Under the pieces are notes generated by a model. It saw nothing but the letters and a program-made list of their open reading frames with translations, searched no databases and was not told the DNA's origin. The translations under genes were made by a program, and so were the position numbers. A DNA stretch of 64,000 nucleotides from Lama guanicoe. Its lineage: Eukaryota. The DNA lies in assembly GCA_013239625.1 (NCBI GenBank), contig MU053376.1, positions 2,220,507 through 2,284,506 of the forward strand, read 5' to 3'. Positions 42,170 through 56,749 of the stretch are shown here, one piece after another (position 1 is the first letter of the stretch; each line of letters begins with the position of its first letter).

Positions 42170-43155
42170 ATCAGTCCCCCAGTAACATGGTTCAAATTCC
42201 ACTTGCCGTGGTATATTAACTTTGAGTAATCACGTAGAGTACAGACTTTGCTACAAGCTTTTCAGTCCACAAATAATCATGATTATGTACGTAACAGATG
42301 TTTGTTATGGTCAGTGACCAGTCACGTCCCTTCTTTCGGAGTCTTGTTGCTGGTCATTGCCCATCTGTTGTTGAGTTCACGTGTCCACAAGAAAGTGTGC
42401 CATTGCGTCGCCTCCTTGTCTCCTAGTGATAAACTCATGTGACATTTACAGAGATAGCTAATCAGAAGAGGAAACTGTCCAACACTGATGAAATTTCAAC
42501 AAAAAAAAGAAAGAAAGAAAGAAAGAAAAGTAATGCTGGAAGTGAAATTCCACAACTGAACATAAATTGAATTATAGAATAAATAGCTGATTGTAGAAAT
42601 GTCGACATTGCCACTGTTTGAGACTTTATGTATGCAGCCAGAGGAACTCTGTGGAAACAAACTCATTGACACAGAGATTGTGACGCAAAGGATGAAGTCC
42701 CAGAGGAAGTGACTCTGGGGAAAACTTCACATTGAAGCCACTCTTGGAGGTGTTTTGCAACACTGAACGTGCAGAGAATAGAATGTTGGAAATGGATCCA
42801 AATTTAGAAAGGAGTGTGGCAGTTTGCAAAGGCGTGGAAAAGACACTTGTTCCATATCGTGTGAAACAACGAGAAGGCAAGCACTGTTCAGACTCCTCCA
42901 GGTGAGATTTCACAAAGAAATAAAGCGGTCATTCTCGGTGTCTCTGGTATTTTTTAGTTACAGTGTACTAGATAAATATTAGTTTTACTGTTTTTTTTCA
43001 TTTCTTTATTCATTTATAACTGACAGTAAAAGATGTTTTGACAAAAATTTATAAAGGTCATAGAACAATCTTAATTTGTCTCATTGATGAGTAAGATTGT
43101 TCTGCACGGCCATTTGTTCGGTTCCACAGTACTCAGTAAAGCAAAGGCTGTCTGT
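42170..43155. mobile_element. Tigger-family (MER82-like) DNA transposon remnant
   Basis: gaagtcccagaggaagtgac...aatgttggaaatggatccaaatttagaaaggagtgtggcagtttgcaaaggc; subfamily uncertain. Confidence 0.55.
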
Positions 43156-43459
43156 GTTTACAAAAGTGTGGGTGGACACACACACACACTTACTTCTGCT
43201 TTTTCTTTTTTGTTTTTTCAAAACATTTTACAAAAATGGGACCAGACTATATGTCTCAGTCTGCAGCTTGCTGTTTTCATGGACGAGTGTCTTTTTTGGA
43301 GGAATTTTGATCTTAGTATGTCTAGATCTCCCTCACTGTATTTTATAATTGCATATTATTATTTAATGCACTATTATGGATGTACTACAATTTATCTGAC
43401 AAGTTTCTATTAATGGGCATTTAGTTTCTCTCTCTCTCTTTTTTTAAACTCATTTAACA

Positions 43460-43648
43460 CACTTGACCCTTAGGAGTGCTGACCCCTATGCAGTCAGAAT
43501 CCACTTTGCAGTCAGCCCTCTGTATCTGCAATTCCACATCGACCATCCAGGAGTGCTGTCGTGCTGTAGGATGTATTTATTGAAAAAAAAATCTGCAGAT
43601 AAGTGGGACCTGTGCAGTTTATACCCATGTTGCTCAAGGGTCAACTGT
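43460..43648. mobile_element. Short Tigger-type MITE (MER8/Tigger2-like)
   Basis: Terminal inverted repeats cacttgaccctt...aagggtcaactg followed by TA. Confidence 0.7.
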
Positions 43649-44377
43649 AATGCTAAAGGGAATATTTCTGACAGACATTATCATTAGCCCCATTGAATGG
43701 ATGAAAACAGTGGAGATTAGAAAGTGAAGTAACTGCCCAAGGTCAGGCAGCTGCTAAGCTTAGAGCTGGCTTGAATTTAGGGCAGTCTAATTGCAGGGTC
43801 CTTGCTTTTAACGACAGTACTTTATAGCTTCTCTTCTCTTAGAAGTAGCTTTTAATAACAACAAAATCATCAACAAATAGTAGACTTTATTGAGTGAGGC
43901 ACAATTCTAAGTGCAAGTACATTATTATTAACTGAACAACAGCCCTAAGGGGTAAATACTATTATTATCCCTGTATTGCGATGAAGGAGACTGGAGGTAG
44001 AAGGTTGGGAAAATTTACAGATCTCATGATTAGTTAATGGAAGAACTGGGACTCGCCCAGGCAGCCGGGCTTCACTGCCTTCGCTCTCACTCATGGATCT
44101 CACTTGAGAAAGGTCTCTCTCATTGCTGGCTTTTATAGATGATTTTTTTGAGCCCTAACGTGTGACTTTTTTAGGGGGTTAGTTCCAGCCCATAGTTTCA
44201 CCTATTGTGATCTTTTAAAAATCTGTTGCCGAGCACACTCCCAGGTTTTTTGATCACTTGCTGGTTTGATGAGCTTGTGGTCTATTATGTCTTCATCACG
44301 CTTGTTGGTAAGATGCTAGGCAAAGTCAAAGATGGCACATTCCCTGGTTTGTCACTGGAGGGGTTCTCCGGGCTTAA

Positions 44378-45110
44378 TCAACAGGCAAATATTTATTGAG
44401 TACATCCATAATGCCATATATCAGACTCAGGATTAGGAATCAAAAGGTGAACAAGACAGGGTCCTGATCGTCAAAAGGCACAACGTCTACACAGCAGGAG
44501 GAGGACCCGTCTTGTCAATAACACCAGTGACTGTGAAGTAGGAATTTAACAAGAGTTGTGGGAGCAGAGAGGAAAGAGGGATTGACTCTGCCTGGAAGTT
44601 GTCAGGGAGGCTTCACAGAGGAGGTGACATTGCGCTGGTGCTTGAAGGATGCACAGAAGGGAATCCTGACAAGGCATGGCTGGTTGGAGGACAGTGAAGT
44701 TGAGTGTAGCTTGGATAGGGAGAACGTATAGGGATAAGGAATTTGGGTTTTATCCTGTTAGCCAATGGACATGTTTAAGGAAGAAAGTGTCCTGCTCTAA
44801 TTTGCCTTTTAGAGGTTGAGGCAGGGTGTTTGGGAGCAGATTAAGTCAACTGTCTAGAAACCAGTTAGAAAGCACGTGAACGAAAAGGGAACCAAGCAAG
44901 TGGCAGCAAGACTGGAAAAGGGAAGCTCGGTTTGTGAGGTCTTTCCATAGGCAAAATTGGCTTGGTTCAGCACGTGAGGGAGGGAGACTGGAGATGACTA
45001 CGTCAAGGTCTCCATCTGGGAGCCTGGCTAGATGGTGACGTCACTGTCGGTTTCCGAGGCTGGGCAACAAGTCAGAGGGAGCAGTGAGTTCAGTTCGGTG
45101 CGTGTTCAGC
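44378..45110. mobile_element. L2 remnant
   Basis: caaatatttattgagtac...agggaggcttcacagaggaggtgacatt...gagttcagtt. Confidence 0.65.
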
Positions 45111-45667
45111 CTGCCCTCGGTCCACTACATGACACTTTGCTATTGGTTGCTTGTAACAATTACAGATACTATCAAAATGCTTTGACATCTCACCCCTTCT
45201 TTCTCTGTCATCCCAAAGGTCTGGCAGGAGACTTTATCCATATACTTTGTAGAAGTCAGGAACCCCTGTATCTGTTATTTCCTTAGTAACCCTGCTAACA
45301 AAATGTAATAAGACTAGTGTGTCATGGCTTCCCGGGGAACCAGGCTGGGTTGTGATGGTCTAATTCATGATCTGCAACAGAGCTTTGCCAGAGACAGACG
45401 TGAAGTTAAGTGGTCCTCTTATTAACAATTCTATTTACATATTGTTTCTTTTTCCTTGACTCTGCTTCCTTCACTAGACTGAACTCCTTGAATCCCCGAG
45501 TGTTCAGTCTGGTGCCTGGAGCAGAATGGGTACTGAGGGGATGCTAGCTGCCAAAAAGCAGGGCCTTACCCATCCCCCACCGCCCCCCCAGCCCCAGGGT
45601 GATTACCAACAGTGCAGGTTCCTTCTGCATTTTGGGATGTGATGCCTCTAAGACTGACATCTTTTAA

Positions 45668-45849
45668 AAATATATAAATATATATAATTTATTTATTTTT
45701 GTATTACTTAATTATTTTAATTACTTAATTATTTTGTGAGGGAGGTAACTAGGTTTATTTATTTTTAAAGGAGGTAGGTGCTGGGTTTCGAACCCAGGAC
45801 CTCGTGCATGCTAAGCATGACTCTACCACTTGAGCTATACCCTCCCCCC
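45668..45849 (-). mobile_element. tRNA-derived SINE (camelid-type) with 17-bp TSD
   Basis: Minus strand ggggagggtatagctcaagtggtagag...gtcctgggttcgaaaccc with A box, B box and AT-rich tail; TSD agactgacatcttttaa (45651-45667) / agactggcatcttttaa (45850-45866). Confidence 0.9.
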
Positions 45850-46913
45850 AGACTGGCATCTTTTAACTCAGTCATCCTTGGGTGATTATAAGTTGGTTCT
45901 TGGGTGGGGCAGCTTGGATTTGAGGTTTCCCTTAAGTATGTCCCAGTCTGAAGAACACCCTCCTTGATAGGAAAGATGGAACACATTCCCCTTCTCTGCC
46001 ATTTTGGTAGATCGGAGCCTCTGTCCGTATAAGGTGCCTGCTTCCTCTCGGGTCCTTCTTACAGCGTTGCAAGTAGGTTAAGCCATGTTGCTGGTAGTTC
46101 TTGCATTTTCATGAGCTGCATTCATGCTGTTTCATGAGTGCACACTGCTCTCTTCGGGTCTGTCCTGGGTTATACACAGTTCCTCGTGCCTTGGACACAT
46201 CCTTTACTATCTGAGCTCATTAGAGCTCCCGGAGCCGTGGCCTTGCCATCAGTGGCTCCCTCCTCCTGGTTCTTTTTTGGGGGATTATCATGCTTTAGGT
46301 GATCAGAATCCACTGGTTGGAGATGAGGCCACGTCTGTCAAAATGCATTTCCTTCTGGGACCTCTGCTCGCCCTGCTGCTTTGCCTCAGTATCTGAGCGT
46401 TGGTTTTCTGGAAGTCAAAGCTAAACAGCTGTTTATGTCCCCAGGCCTTTTCTTTCCTCCTTTAAACTCTAAAATGACAAATTACTTCCTCTCAAATGTC
46501 ATATTCCTTCTTACTATTGTTTTTGCTAATTAAGTTTTTTTTTTTTTAACGTGTTGCTTTCTGGTCAGAATTGAGTTCTGGGTAGCAGGTCCCTTTTTTG
46601 CGTCTTTGGCTGTGTGAGGGGTGGCCTCTTTAGTAAGGACAGGAACTCCTCAGGTGCCCTGCACTTAACGGAACAGGACGTGCGTCTCTCTCAGCCGTCC
46701 TCGTCCTCGTGTTGAGTGGTTTGGGCTCTGTCTTGCATCTGGGCCACTTACGCTAACTGTGTAGGAAAGAGCGGTTCATGTCTTCTACCACATATCCCCC
46801 TGTATGCTACCGCAGTAGTCACTTGACTTTTTGTTCTTTTTCCTTTTCTCTTCACCCAGCTGTCCTCCAGTCTTCGTCTTAGTGTGGCATTGTGGAGCTG
46901 TTGCTAGGGGTGG

Positions 46914-46936
46914 TGTGTGTGTGTGTGTGTGTGTGT

Positions 46937-46970
<34 letters not shown>

Positions 46971-47105
46971 GTTATGTTTTTTTTTTTTTTTTTTTTAATT
47001 TTATACTTGTGACAAAAGAAATGCTTAAAGTTTCTTTCTTTTTTTTGATTGAAGTATAGTCAGTTTACAGCGTGTCCATTTCTGGTGAACAGCATAATGC
47101 TTCTG
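46914..47105. repeat. Compound (TG)n + poly(T) tract, followed by a small minus-strand L1 3' end
   Basis: Direct reading; ttttgattgaagtatagtcagtttacag at about 47043. Confidence 0.8.
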
Positions 47106-50100
47106 TATCCTGCCCTCTTGACTTGTAAGACCCTTCTCTTGTACTTTCTTCACTTCTTCCACCTCCAGTTAGACCTGTTGATGAAGGTACACAAGCCTTG
47201 AGTCTCATTCCGCTGAACTGGGGTGATGAAGATGAGGTGGTATTTATCACCTCCAGTTAAAATTTTATATTTGCTTTGCCTGTTGTGCAGGGTCAAACTG
47301 ATGAGGGCTGTGTGTAGGCCAGAAGCAGTGTTGGTGACCTCGTTCTGTCTTAGCCTCTCTTAATAGTTCGCCCATCTCCGTGGGGTTTGTAAAGTCATAC
47401 CTACTTACTACAAAGGACATGGCATTTTTCTCCCTGCCACTCCAATTTTAGCTTACAGCCAACTTGGAGAGTTTAGTGTGTTTCTTTCCTCCCACCGTCT
47501 ACCCTAGGTCTGGGGGAAAGATGCCTTGTTTTCTGTTGTAAGCCCTGGCCTATAGAGCTGTTCCCCATTTCATCAGTAAGTATGTTGCAACTGCCCGCTG
47601 CTAAGCTGTGCCAGGTCTGAGGGATGCAGAGATGAATGGGGCCGACCAGCAAACAGAGCAGGGAAGGGAGGCATTTAGGAGAAAGGAGACCAGGCAACAG
47701 GACACTAATATTGGCAGCTCAGGGTTAGTTTGTCAAAACTTCATTTGTAGTGGAAAAAAAAAAAAAAAGAATGAGGAGATTAGATTCTGAATTGGGTTGA
47801 ATCCTGGCTCTGTCAATTACTGGCCGGGTGACCTTGGGCAAGTTACCTCCCTGGCCGTGGTTGCCACACCTGTAAATGGAGTCAGCAGTTGACTCTATGC
47901 CAGTGGCCTGTTAGGAGATTAAATATAGCATATTTTCTATATATAAAGTGCACCTGACACATGGTTGGTGCGGTGTGCATGAAAATTCCTCTTTCTCTTT
48001 TGAAGTTGTTATCATCTGCTGGAAGAAACAGAAATATCTGTGTCCCCAGCCTTTCAGTTTCCTCCCCAGGACTCCAGCGTGGTTGACACCCCCACTGTGT
48101 GCAGAGTCCGTTTCCATGTAAGTCAGAAGTGGTTAGCAGCGGTGGTTTGGGGCCTCGGGCTGTTCTCCGTCACATCTGGGTTATGTTCTCCAGAAAGATG
48201 CAGGCCTTTCCAGCCACTGGGTTACCCGCATACTCTGAGTTCCAGCAGGTCCTGCACCCCCGGGGCCAGCGTGGCGGCCCCCTCCCCACTCCCCTCCCAC
48301 GCTTAACAGGAAGGTCAGCTTGCTTCGAGGGCACTCAGGACGGGGGTCAGATACAGGCCTGAAGCATACTGCACCTCAGAATCCAAACCCCTCGACTTAA
48401 TTGTGAAAAATACACGCAGATTGCAGAGATCCAAACAGTACAGAAAAATACAGAATGAAAAAGAAAAGAGAAAAAAAGAGAAAAATACAAGCTTCTCTCT
48501 AGTACCTACTCCCTCATGGTCAACATTGTCAATATAATTTTTGGGGGGAAGGGAGTAAATACTTCCAGAAAAATGTTAGGCATCCACAAGTGCATGTATC
48601 TTCTTCTTTCTGCCTTAAAACAAAACAAAACAAAATGACAAGAGCAAAGCCACCTGAATAGTACATTTTGTATTCTGTTTAGAATATTTTTGGAAATTTC
48701 AAACACCCAAAAAAGAAAATGTCACCTAAATTACCGCTGTTTATGAATAACCACTAATGAACCCTTTGGCAGGTTTGTGTCTTACCTTTGTGAATATACT
48801 TTAAAAGTTACTTGAGTAATGTGAATGCAGATCCATAAAAAAACAAATTGGGGGACATGAAGGAAGAAGCTGAAATCATCCCGTTCCTTGCTTTCCCATT
48901 TATTAACATCCTGTCCCCCCGCAGTGGTGGCTGCCGCCTGCCTGGCTGTCTCCCCAGGCGGTGTCACAGGGATGTGCTGCTGTTTGTCTGACCAGCTCCT
49001 GAGTGGTATTCGTTTAGGTCCTGACCAATTTTTTGCCATTAAGATGCTTTAAGAACATGTTTATAGGATGATTTCCCAGCTGAGTAATTACCGGGTCCAA
49101 GCTCGGAACATTTACAACTTTGATAGAGACGGCCAAATTCCCCCACAAACGTATGAGTTGATATCCCTGCTGAGTGTTTGGAAGGGTACCTTTTCCCTCA
49201 AATATCTTTGCATAAACTCAGGGGTTTTATTTTGTTTTATTTCCGCTCAAACATCAAAACACCTTTTTGCCATCCTGGTGCAATTATCATTGTTTTCAGA
49301 AACAATTCTCTTAATGAGTTGCACTGGACGTCTTTTCGTTTGGCCGTCTGTGGTTTTTCTTTGAACTGCCTGTTCTTATTCTTTGGCCATTTTTATAGTG
49401 GATTGTTAATCTTTTAGAGTTGATTTGCCAGAGTTAAGCCAGGCTTTTTAATCCACCATGTATTACAAATATATATATTTTTTAATTTGTCATTTACAGT
49501 GTGACTTCTAAGCCTCTTGCTTTTTTGTTGAAGCTCAGTCCTTTGTGGCTGCGCAGGGCAGGTCCTGCAGAGCAAGGGTGGGGGTGCAGACCGCAGGAAG
49601 GTCACGCGTATCTCCTGGGTGGTGTGTTGTGGTTGTTTTAAGGCTTTTGGCACTGGATTCCCCCCTGCAAGTTTTATCTGGGGGTCAGAATTTTCCCCGC
49701 CACATGAACAAAAGTCAGCAACAAACAGAAAACTGCTTTTACCTCCTAACCAAATGTTTGGGAATGTGGATGCCAACATGAAGGACCCTGATGATGTAAT
49801 TCTGTGTATCTTTTACTTCAGCAACCTTCTAAGTTTTACAGAAATCTGCTGTTAGATTTATGTTGACATCAGTTTCTGTGGGAGGACCGTCAGGGGCTCC
49901 TCCGTGAGCTGTGCAGAGGTTCTAGAAGAGGGGCGTGCTCTCCCTGCCCCCCATAGATGTAGAGAAAGATCATTTCAATCAAGACTTGTCTGTTTGTGCT
50001 GTCTTGTGTTCCCAAGCTGAGCTAGATGGAAAGAGAAGTGAGGCCCCCCTCTCCAGCTTGTCAGTGGTTCTCTGCAATTCGGGGGTAGAGGAGACCCTCC

Positions 50101-53100
50101 CTCCGCCCCACTGCTGCTTTTGTAGCAACACCCGATTTCTTTCCTTTGCAACACACATCCCGATGTGGAATTAAAAATAGTAATAAGAAACTTTGGTTTT
50201 TGTGAACTAAAATGTAAGTCCCATGGGGTGCAGGTCTTACTTGTCGTGTTGTCTGTCGTGTCCTCATACCTTCCAGGCCGGTGTGTGGCACGTGCCGGGC
50301 ACCCCAGGTTTCACCAAGCGATGGCAGTCGGGGCAGGTGAGGGCAAGTGCCGTGAGTGCCGCGTGTCTCCCTGCCCCCTCGATGGCTCCAGATTCAGGAA
50401 TGGGGGCTTTGGAGGGGTCTCTGCTCTTTAGAGAGATCACACAGGATGCCAGGACAGTGTGTCCTGGTCCTGCCGCTCCGTGACTGTGCACACCTCCTCA
50501 TTCACTGCTCAGAGCTGTAGGGGCCCAGTTCTCCAGCATTCAGGCTGGAAGGAGAGGGCCAATGATCTTTGAGGCAGACATGGATGCCCCATTCCTAGCT
50601 GGGGAGCTGAGGAGGCTTGGTCGGGGCCAGATGGAGCTGGAGGAGGACAGAGTGCCTAAATAGTCTGCACTCAGTTCTCCTTATCTTCTCTCCTCAGGAC
50701 AGGGCCGTGCGCCCTGCTCCCCCACCACGTGCGGCCAGCACCCACTGGGCATGAGCTGTTTCATGCTCAGTACTCTAGAGGGCAGCCCCAGGTCCATGGC
50801 TCAGCCGCCTGGCAGAGCTGCCTGGAAGCCCACAGCTGCTTCTCCCTGACCACGGGGCCTGGGGTGTGGATGACAGCCTCCAATTAAAATTTGGAGAGCT
50901 AAGCTTCTTTGCCTCTTTAAAAAGTATGTATGCTAATTGTAAGCCACCTTGGAAACAAAGATATAATAAAGAAAACTAAGTCACTGTAATCTTACCTTTC
51001 AGATATGTAATTATTAACATTTTCCTGAGTGTGAATGCCCTCCCTGTTACATATCTGTGTATATACACATATATGTATATATAGACACACATACTGTATG
51101 CATCTGTGTACACAGATGTACACAGATAAATACAAATATACGTGAGAACTGTACTGTGCATAAGGCTGTGTAGTTTGCTTTTTCATTTACTATCAGATAA
51201 ATTTAAGAAAACTACAGACTGGGATTTGGGTTGCAAAGGAAAAAAATACAGTGCTGCCACTGACAGTGATGACAGTGACTGAGGCACTTAGGAATCCATG
51301 TCCCATTACATATTCTTCCGAAACAGCGTTTTAATGATTGTAGATTGTATAGATAAACTTTTTGAAAAAGCAAGCTCTGTTGCTTACTGCTGGGCATTCA
51401 GTTTGCTAGTCATTTCCAGTTAAAGTCAACAATTTTTGGAATATATATGTATATTCTTAAAGCTCTGTCTGTGATTAGTGCCATAGGGTAAAATTCTAAA
51501 ATCCTAAAGTTTTGGAATTCTGGAGTTTCAAGATTAAAGGGCTTGCACGTTAAGGCCTTTGTGCATTTCCAGCCCCTGTTTTCGGCTGTTGGCATCGTGG
51601 ACGGTCTTGGGCAGGTGTGGTGTCCTTGGCGTCACTAGGGGATGGTGGGAAAGGGGCTTTGGGAGCAGTGAGAAGGGGGGTCGCATTCCAGTCCTGCCGA
51701 GGACAGCCCGCTGAGAGGCCTTCAACTAATGGCTCAGCTCCTCTGAGCCTGTGTTTTCTCATTGAGAAAGCAGGACGCTGCCTCCTGGGGCGGGTGTGAG
51801 GGCTCCCTTCAGAGTGCCTGGCACCCGTGGAACCCAGAGCGCTCCTGGGAAGCAGGGGCTCCCTCTTCCCTGCTCCCCTGCATCCTCCCCGCCGGCCCTG
51901 TGCTGAGGAGGTTGCTGGGACCCAGCCCACAGCAGCGGCCCTCCTCCCCAAGTCCTCCTCTTTACTCCTGGCTGCGAAGCACCCTAGGTCTGCCCCCTCT
52001 GTGTGGAGGGGAGTGGGCGGGCCCGGCCCACGTTGGGAGGCGGCGCAAGAGGTCTTGTTTAACAATTTGCACCACACACACGACGTACCCCGTGGTGTCT
52101 GATTCAGACTTTTGCATCACTCTTGGCACCGCGTCTGTCTTGGGAAGGGATGGATGGCTTCCTTCTCCTGATGTGTGTCTGCCCCCAGCTGTCTGTTTAG
52201 GCTGTAGGGAGGGAAAGGGAGACTCAGGGCGAGGGTGCTGAAGCCTGCATCCCTCCCCGTGTTCTGCGTCCCTTCCACCCAGTGCTTGGAGCTGTTCATA
52301 GCACCTTAAACGAGATGGGTGTGAGCAGCATCCCAGCTGCCCACCCCAGTGGGACTCTGGCACATGGGGGAATTTGGGGGCAGAACAATAATGGCAAACA
52401 CTGATGCAGTGCCTATTATGTGCCGAGCATCATTCTTTACATAATGTACATGTATTAACGCATTTGATATAGGTAGGTGCTGTTTTTTTGTGTGCTTGTT
52501 TTGGTAGGTACTGTTATTATCCCCTTTAGGTAAGGAAACTGAGACACCAAGGGATTAAAAACTTCCCCAAGTTTACACACTGAGTAAGTGGTGGAGCTTG
52601 TGAGAATCCCTTGGGACCTGGGCCTCGTCCCTTCCCTTCTGGTCCTCAGATCTGCCTTGCTGGGGACCAGTGCCTCAGGCCCCGGTCTCTCTTTCCCTCC
52701 TTCTCCCTGTCTCACCTAAGCTTAGGGTGCTTCCTACTCCCGGGTCTTCTCATGCAGACCCATGATGGAAGATTCGGCAAGGGAGGTAAGGCAGACCATC
52801 CTCTTCCATCCAGGTCGGACAAAGAGAGGCTTGGAACAGTATTTTGGGAGAGTTCCCACAGTTCCCTCATTGCCACCATCATCCTAGTGATGGGTAGTGG
52901 CCTCGTGGCCTGGTCCCTGGCCCCCACCACACTTGGTAGGTAGGTGGGCTGCCTGTTGCATTGCAGTCTAGCACATGCAACAATGACCCTTTTCAACAGT
53001 GCAGGGGAATTTCAGATGCAAACTGTAGGGGGCCAAAGCAAGTCACAATATCCTTTCTAAGCTTAGCATGGGCTTAAAATATTGTACGATCCCTTTCAGG

Positions 53101-53639
53101 CATTCCTTGTCTCAGGGCCTATGGCTTTTGGTTTGGGGAAGAAAGACCCTTCCTTCAGATGTGGGCCCTCAGGGCTGTGGTCCTGGGCCCTTTGGCCTCC
53201 ACTGCTCTTGTCCAGGCCAGAGCGGGAGGACCTTTCTCGTGTGACTCTCTTGGCTTCAGGTTGAACCTGCCATGTACCGTTGCTGGTGGCGCCTGGCAGC
53301 ACCCTAGGAATCCTGTTTGCTCTCCCTGTCTCTTCTCTGGCTTGCTGCTTGGGCACCTCCCCTCCTGTTCTTTACTTAGCCCTGTGCTCCAGATTAGCAC
53401 ATGCTTGGTTTCCTCTCTCCAGGCTTCGGTACCCCACAGCTGTCCACAAAGCCTCTTTGGCTCTTCATGGCTCTGCCCCCAAGATGTCAGCCAGCCTGTC
53501 GCCTGACCAGGTTGAAGGTCTTGCTTTCATGGCTTGGGCTGGTTTTTATATCCATTCAGGGATTTCTGATAAATATATACCTGATGTCAATTACCAGTCT
53601 TCATGGGAAATTCTAATTATGTTTCTCTTAGAAAAAAAA

Positions 53640-54182
53640 TTTTTTAATTGAAGTAGTCAATTACAATGTGTCAATTTTCTGGTGCACAGCACAGTGTCCC
53701 AGTCATGCATATACATACATATATTTATTTTCATATTCTTTTTCATTAAAGGTTATTACAAGATATTGAATATAGTTCCCTGTGCTATACAGAAGAAACT
53801 TTTTAAAAAAATCTATTTTTATATATAGTGGCTGACATTTGCAAATCTCAAACTCCCAAATTTATCCCTTCCACCCCCTCTCCCTGGTAACTGTAAGATT
53901 GTTTACTATGTCTGTGAGTCTGTTTCTGTTTTGTAGATGAGTTCATAGTGTCCCTTTTTTTTCTTTTTAAATTTTTTCTTAGATTCCACATATGAGTGAT
54001 ATCATATGGTATTTTTCTTTCTTTCTGGCTTCACTTAGAATGACCATCTCTAGATCCATCCATGTTGCTGCAAATGGCATTTTTCTTTTTTTATAGCTGA
54101 GTAGTACTCCATTGTATAAATATACTACAATTTCTTTATCCAGTTGTCTGTCAATGGACATTTAGGTTGCTTCCATGTTTCT
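53640..54182 (-). mobile_element. L1 3' end (same family as 1886-2055)
   Basis: ttttaattgaagtagtcaattacaatg...gatattgaatatagttccctgtgctataca...tagatccatccatgttgctgcaaatggca. Confidence 0.88.
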
Positions 54183-56749
54183 TGAATTTAAAAATACTGT
54201 TCTTTCCGCTTTACTTATTTTGCTGATTTGAATCCAGTTTTACAGATGAGGAAACCCTTTTCAGAAGGTGGGTTGGCTTGCCTAACACGAGCTGCGAAGT
54301 GCAGAACTGGGATGCAGGTTGTGTGCGATTCCCAAGGCCAGATTTGTTTTACTAGGTCAGTCCAGCTCCAGCTGAGGGATTTTGTGGAAGCCTGGAGATG
54401 GAATGCAAACCCAGGCTTTCTGGCTACAAATTCTCTTTTGCCTAATGCCCCACACTCTTAATTAAATGTCTAAGGAGAGAGAGCAAGCAGACCCTGCAGT
54501 GCGTGCTGAGTTCAGGAGGGGCCGAGGGGCATCCTCACTTACCATAGCAGTGGTTGGTTAGAGCACGGAGCTGGTTCCCAGGCGGGGCGGTGGTCACTGG
54601 GCTGCAGGCAGAAACCCAGCCTGCAGTCTCGCTGGTGGCTTGTACACATCGGGGGGAGTTGTTATATCGAGGTGTTCCAGCCTCAACTCAGAGGTGACGG
54701 AGAGGGCCCCTCTGGGGGCAGCTGTGCTGCTGGTTTGCAGTGGCGAGTGTCTTTCTGATAGCAAAGCCCTCTTAGAAGTGTTATTTCACAGATGCTTGCA
54801 GTGGCTCTGTGAGCGAGGGGGCCAGGCAGCTGTGACAACTGCTAACTCACGAATGTGGAATGGACTCAGGAAGGTAATGGCCTCTCCAAGCCTACGCAAC
54901 TGGAAATTGATAAATTCCAGACCCAGGCCCAAGTCTCTCCTGATTGTTGCGGCTGAGTAAATTTTGCAACTTTAAATCTTTCTCTCTGGGCTTCAGTTCC
55001 TATGTGCCTGTAGAGGGCGATAGAGGTCTTTCTGTTTTGGCTGCTCTGAGAACTTTTGCTCTTGAACCCTTTGAATTTAACAGTCTCACAGCGCATTATC
55101 TCACAAGGTTATAAGCATTTTCTGTGTGTCTGCCTCCCCTCATGCCCCCACCTCCATCCCCTAGTCTGAGTTCCTTCAGGCTGGGACTCTTCTATTTGGT
55201 ACTGACATCTAGCACAATGTGTGGCCCATAGTAGGAGCTTGATAAATGCTTGTTGAATTGAATACATGCAAATGAAATTGGCCAGTGCCTCCTCCTCTTC
55301 ACAGGCATGGGAAAGGATAACCTTTTCCCTTGGTCCATCCAAATGAATGAAGTTGAAGGTGGCAAAATTCAGGACCTGTGCAGTGTCCTTAGATGGCCAC
55401 CAGGTGGCAGTGTGACCTCATGATGACCTTGCCTCCTGCCAGCTCCTTCGGAGACTCGATCTGGGCTCCTGTTTGGGGATTGCCTTTGCAAAGGACCTTT
55501 GCATTTGGTGCTCTGAGACTGATAAGTCTTGGCCTCACCTCATCTCTAAAAGCTGTGTGATATTGTGCAAAAGGCTTGGACTTTGGGATCCACCAGGCTT
55601 GAATTCCAACCCCGGCTCTGCCTTTCCCCAGGAACCGAGTCTGGGACACACTACTTCCTGAGCCTCAGTTTCCTCATCCTGTAAAATGCTGTGTAATTAG
55701 AAAAGGGCCAGCGTTTCGTGGACTGGAGCAAAACTGAAAGTTAGTTTTCTTTTTTTTTTCCCCACAAAAAATATACATTATTCTTTAAATTGTTTAAATT
55801 AGATTAGATTGAACACCGTGATATTGATGATAGTTGATCTTATTTGATCTACAAGAAACAATTCTGTATAATTCAGACTGTTTCATTTATACATGTATAT
55901 TACATATAACTTTTCAAACCCAGAATCATTTTAAAGATTATTAATGATCAGTCTGCATTATTAATGTTTCCTGCTTGACAGAATTCTATTTTGTCATCAT
56001 ACAGCACTTTATTTAGGCTTTCTCTATTGAAGATCACTTTGTTGCTTCCACATTTTCACCATTAAAACACACACATTTTCACCATCAAAAACAGCATAGT
56101 AAAGGACACAGTTGCATATGCCTCCTTATCATGGATTACCTCATATAAGGTAAACCCTAAAAGTAGAATTCTTAGGTTGAATGGTATGCACGTCTTTCAG
56201 TTCACTAGGAGTGACCACAGTGGTTGAACCAATACTGAATGCTAGTTTTCTTGTTTGAAAATTCCTGTGTTTGCTTTTCTGTGCCCTCTGTCATCTGGCA
56301 CCATCCTGGCAAGCTGATCTTTCTTATCAAGCTTCATGCACTTCCCAGCAGGTCTCTTAGCGCTCCTGCTGTGTCACTCACCCACCCCAGCTTCGCTCTG
56401 TCTCAGTCACTCAGGCCCGTTTCCCACCGTTTTCCCTGCCTGGGTGCCTCCCTTCTGCCTGTTCATTTCCTCCCCTGCCGGACTGTCTCCCTCACAGCCC
56501 AGCCCTCTGAATGTCCAAAGCAGTTGAAGTCTGTACTTACAGGTCTAATCTTGACTTCCCACGAAGATAGCTACTCTGTCAGGGTCCTTGTCTTGATTAT
56601 TTTGGCATCTATGCCTGGCGCTTAGTAGACAGTCTACAGCAAAAACGACAGCTAACGTTACTGAGCACATGCCGGGCACTCTGCTCGATGCTTTGCAGAG
56701 TTATTTCACTTAATCCTTAGCAACAAAGCTATCCCCATTTTACAAAGGG

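Noticed and set aside
45775..45849. tRNA-like sequence
   Set aside because: Head of a SINE with AT-rich tail and TSD; not a tRNA gene.
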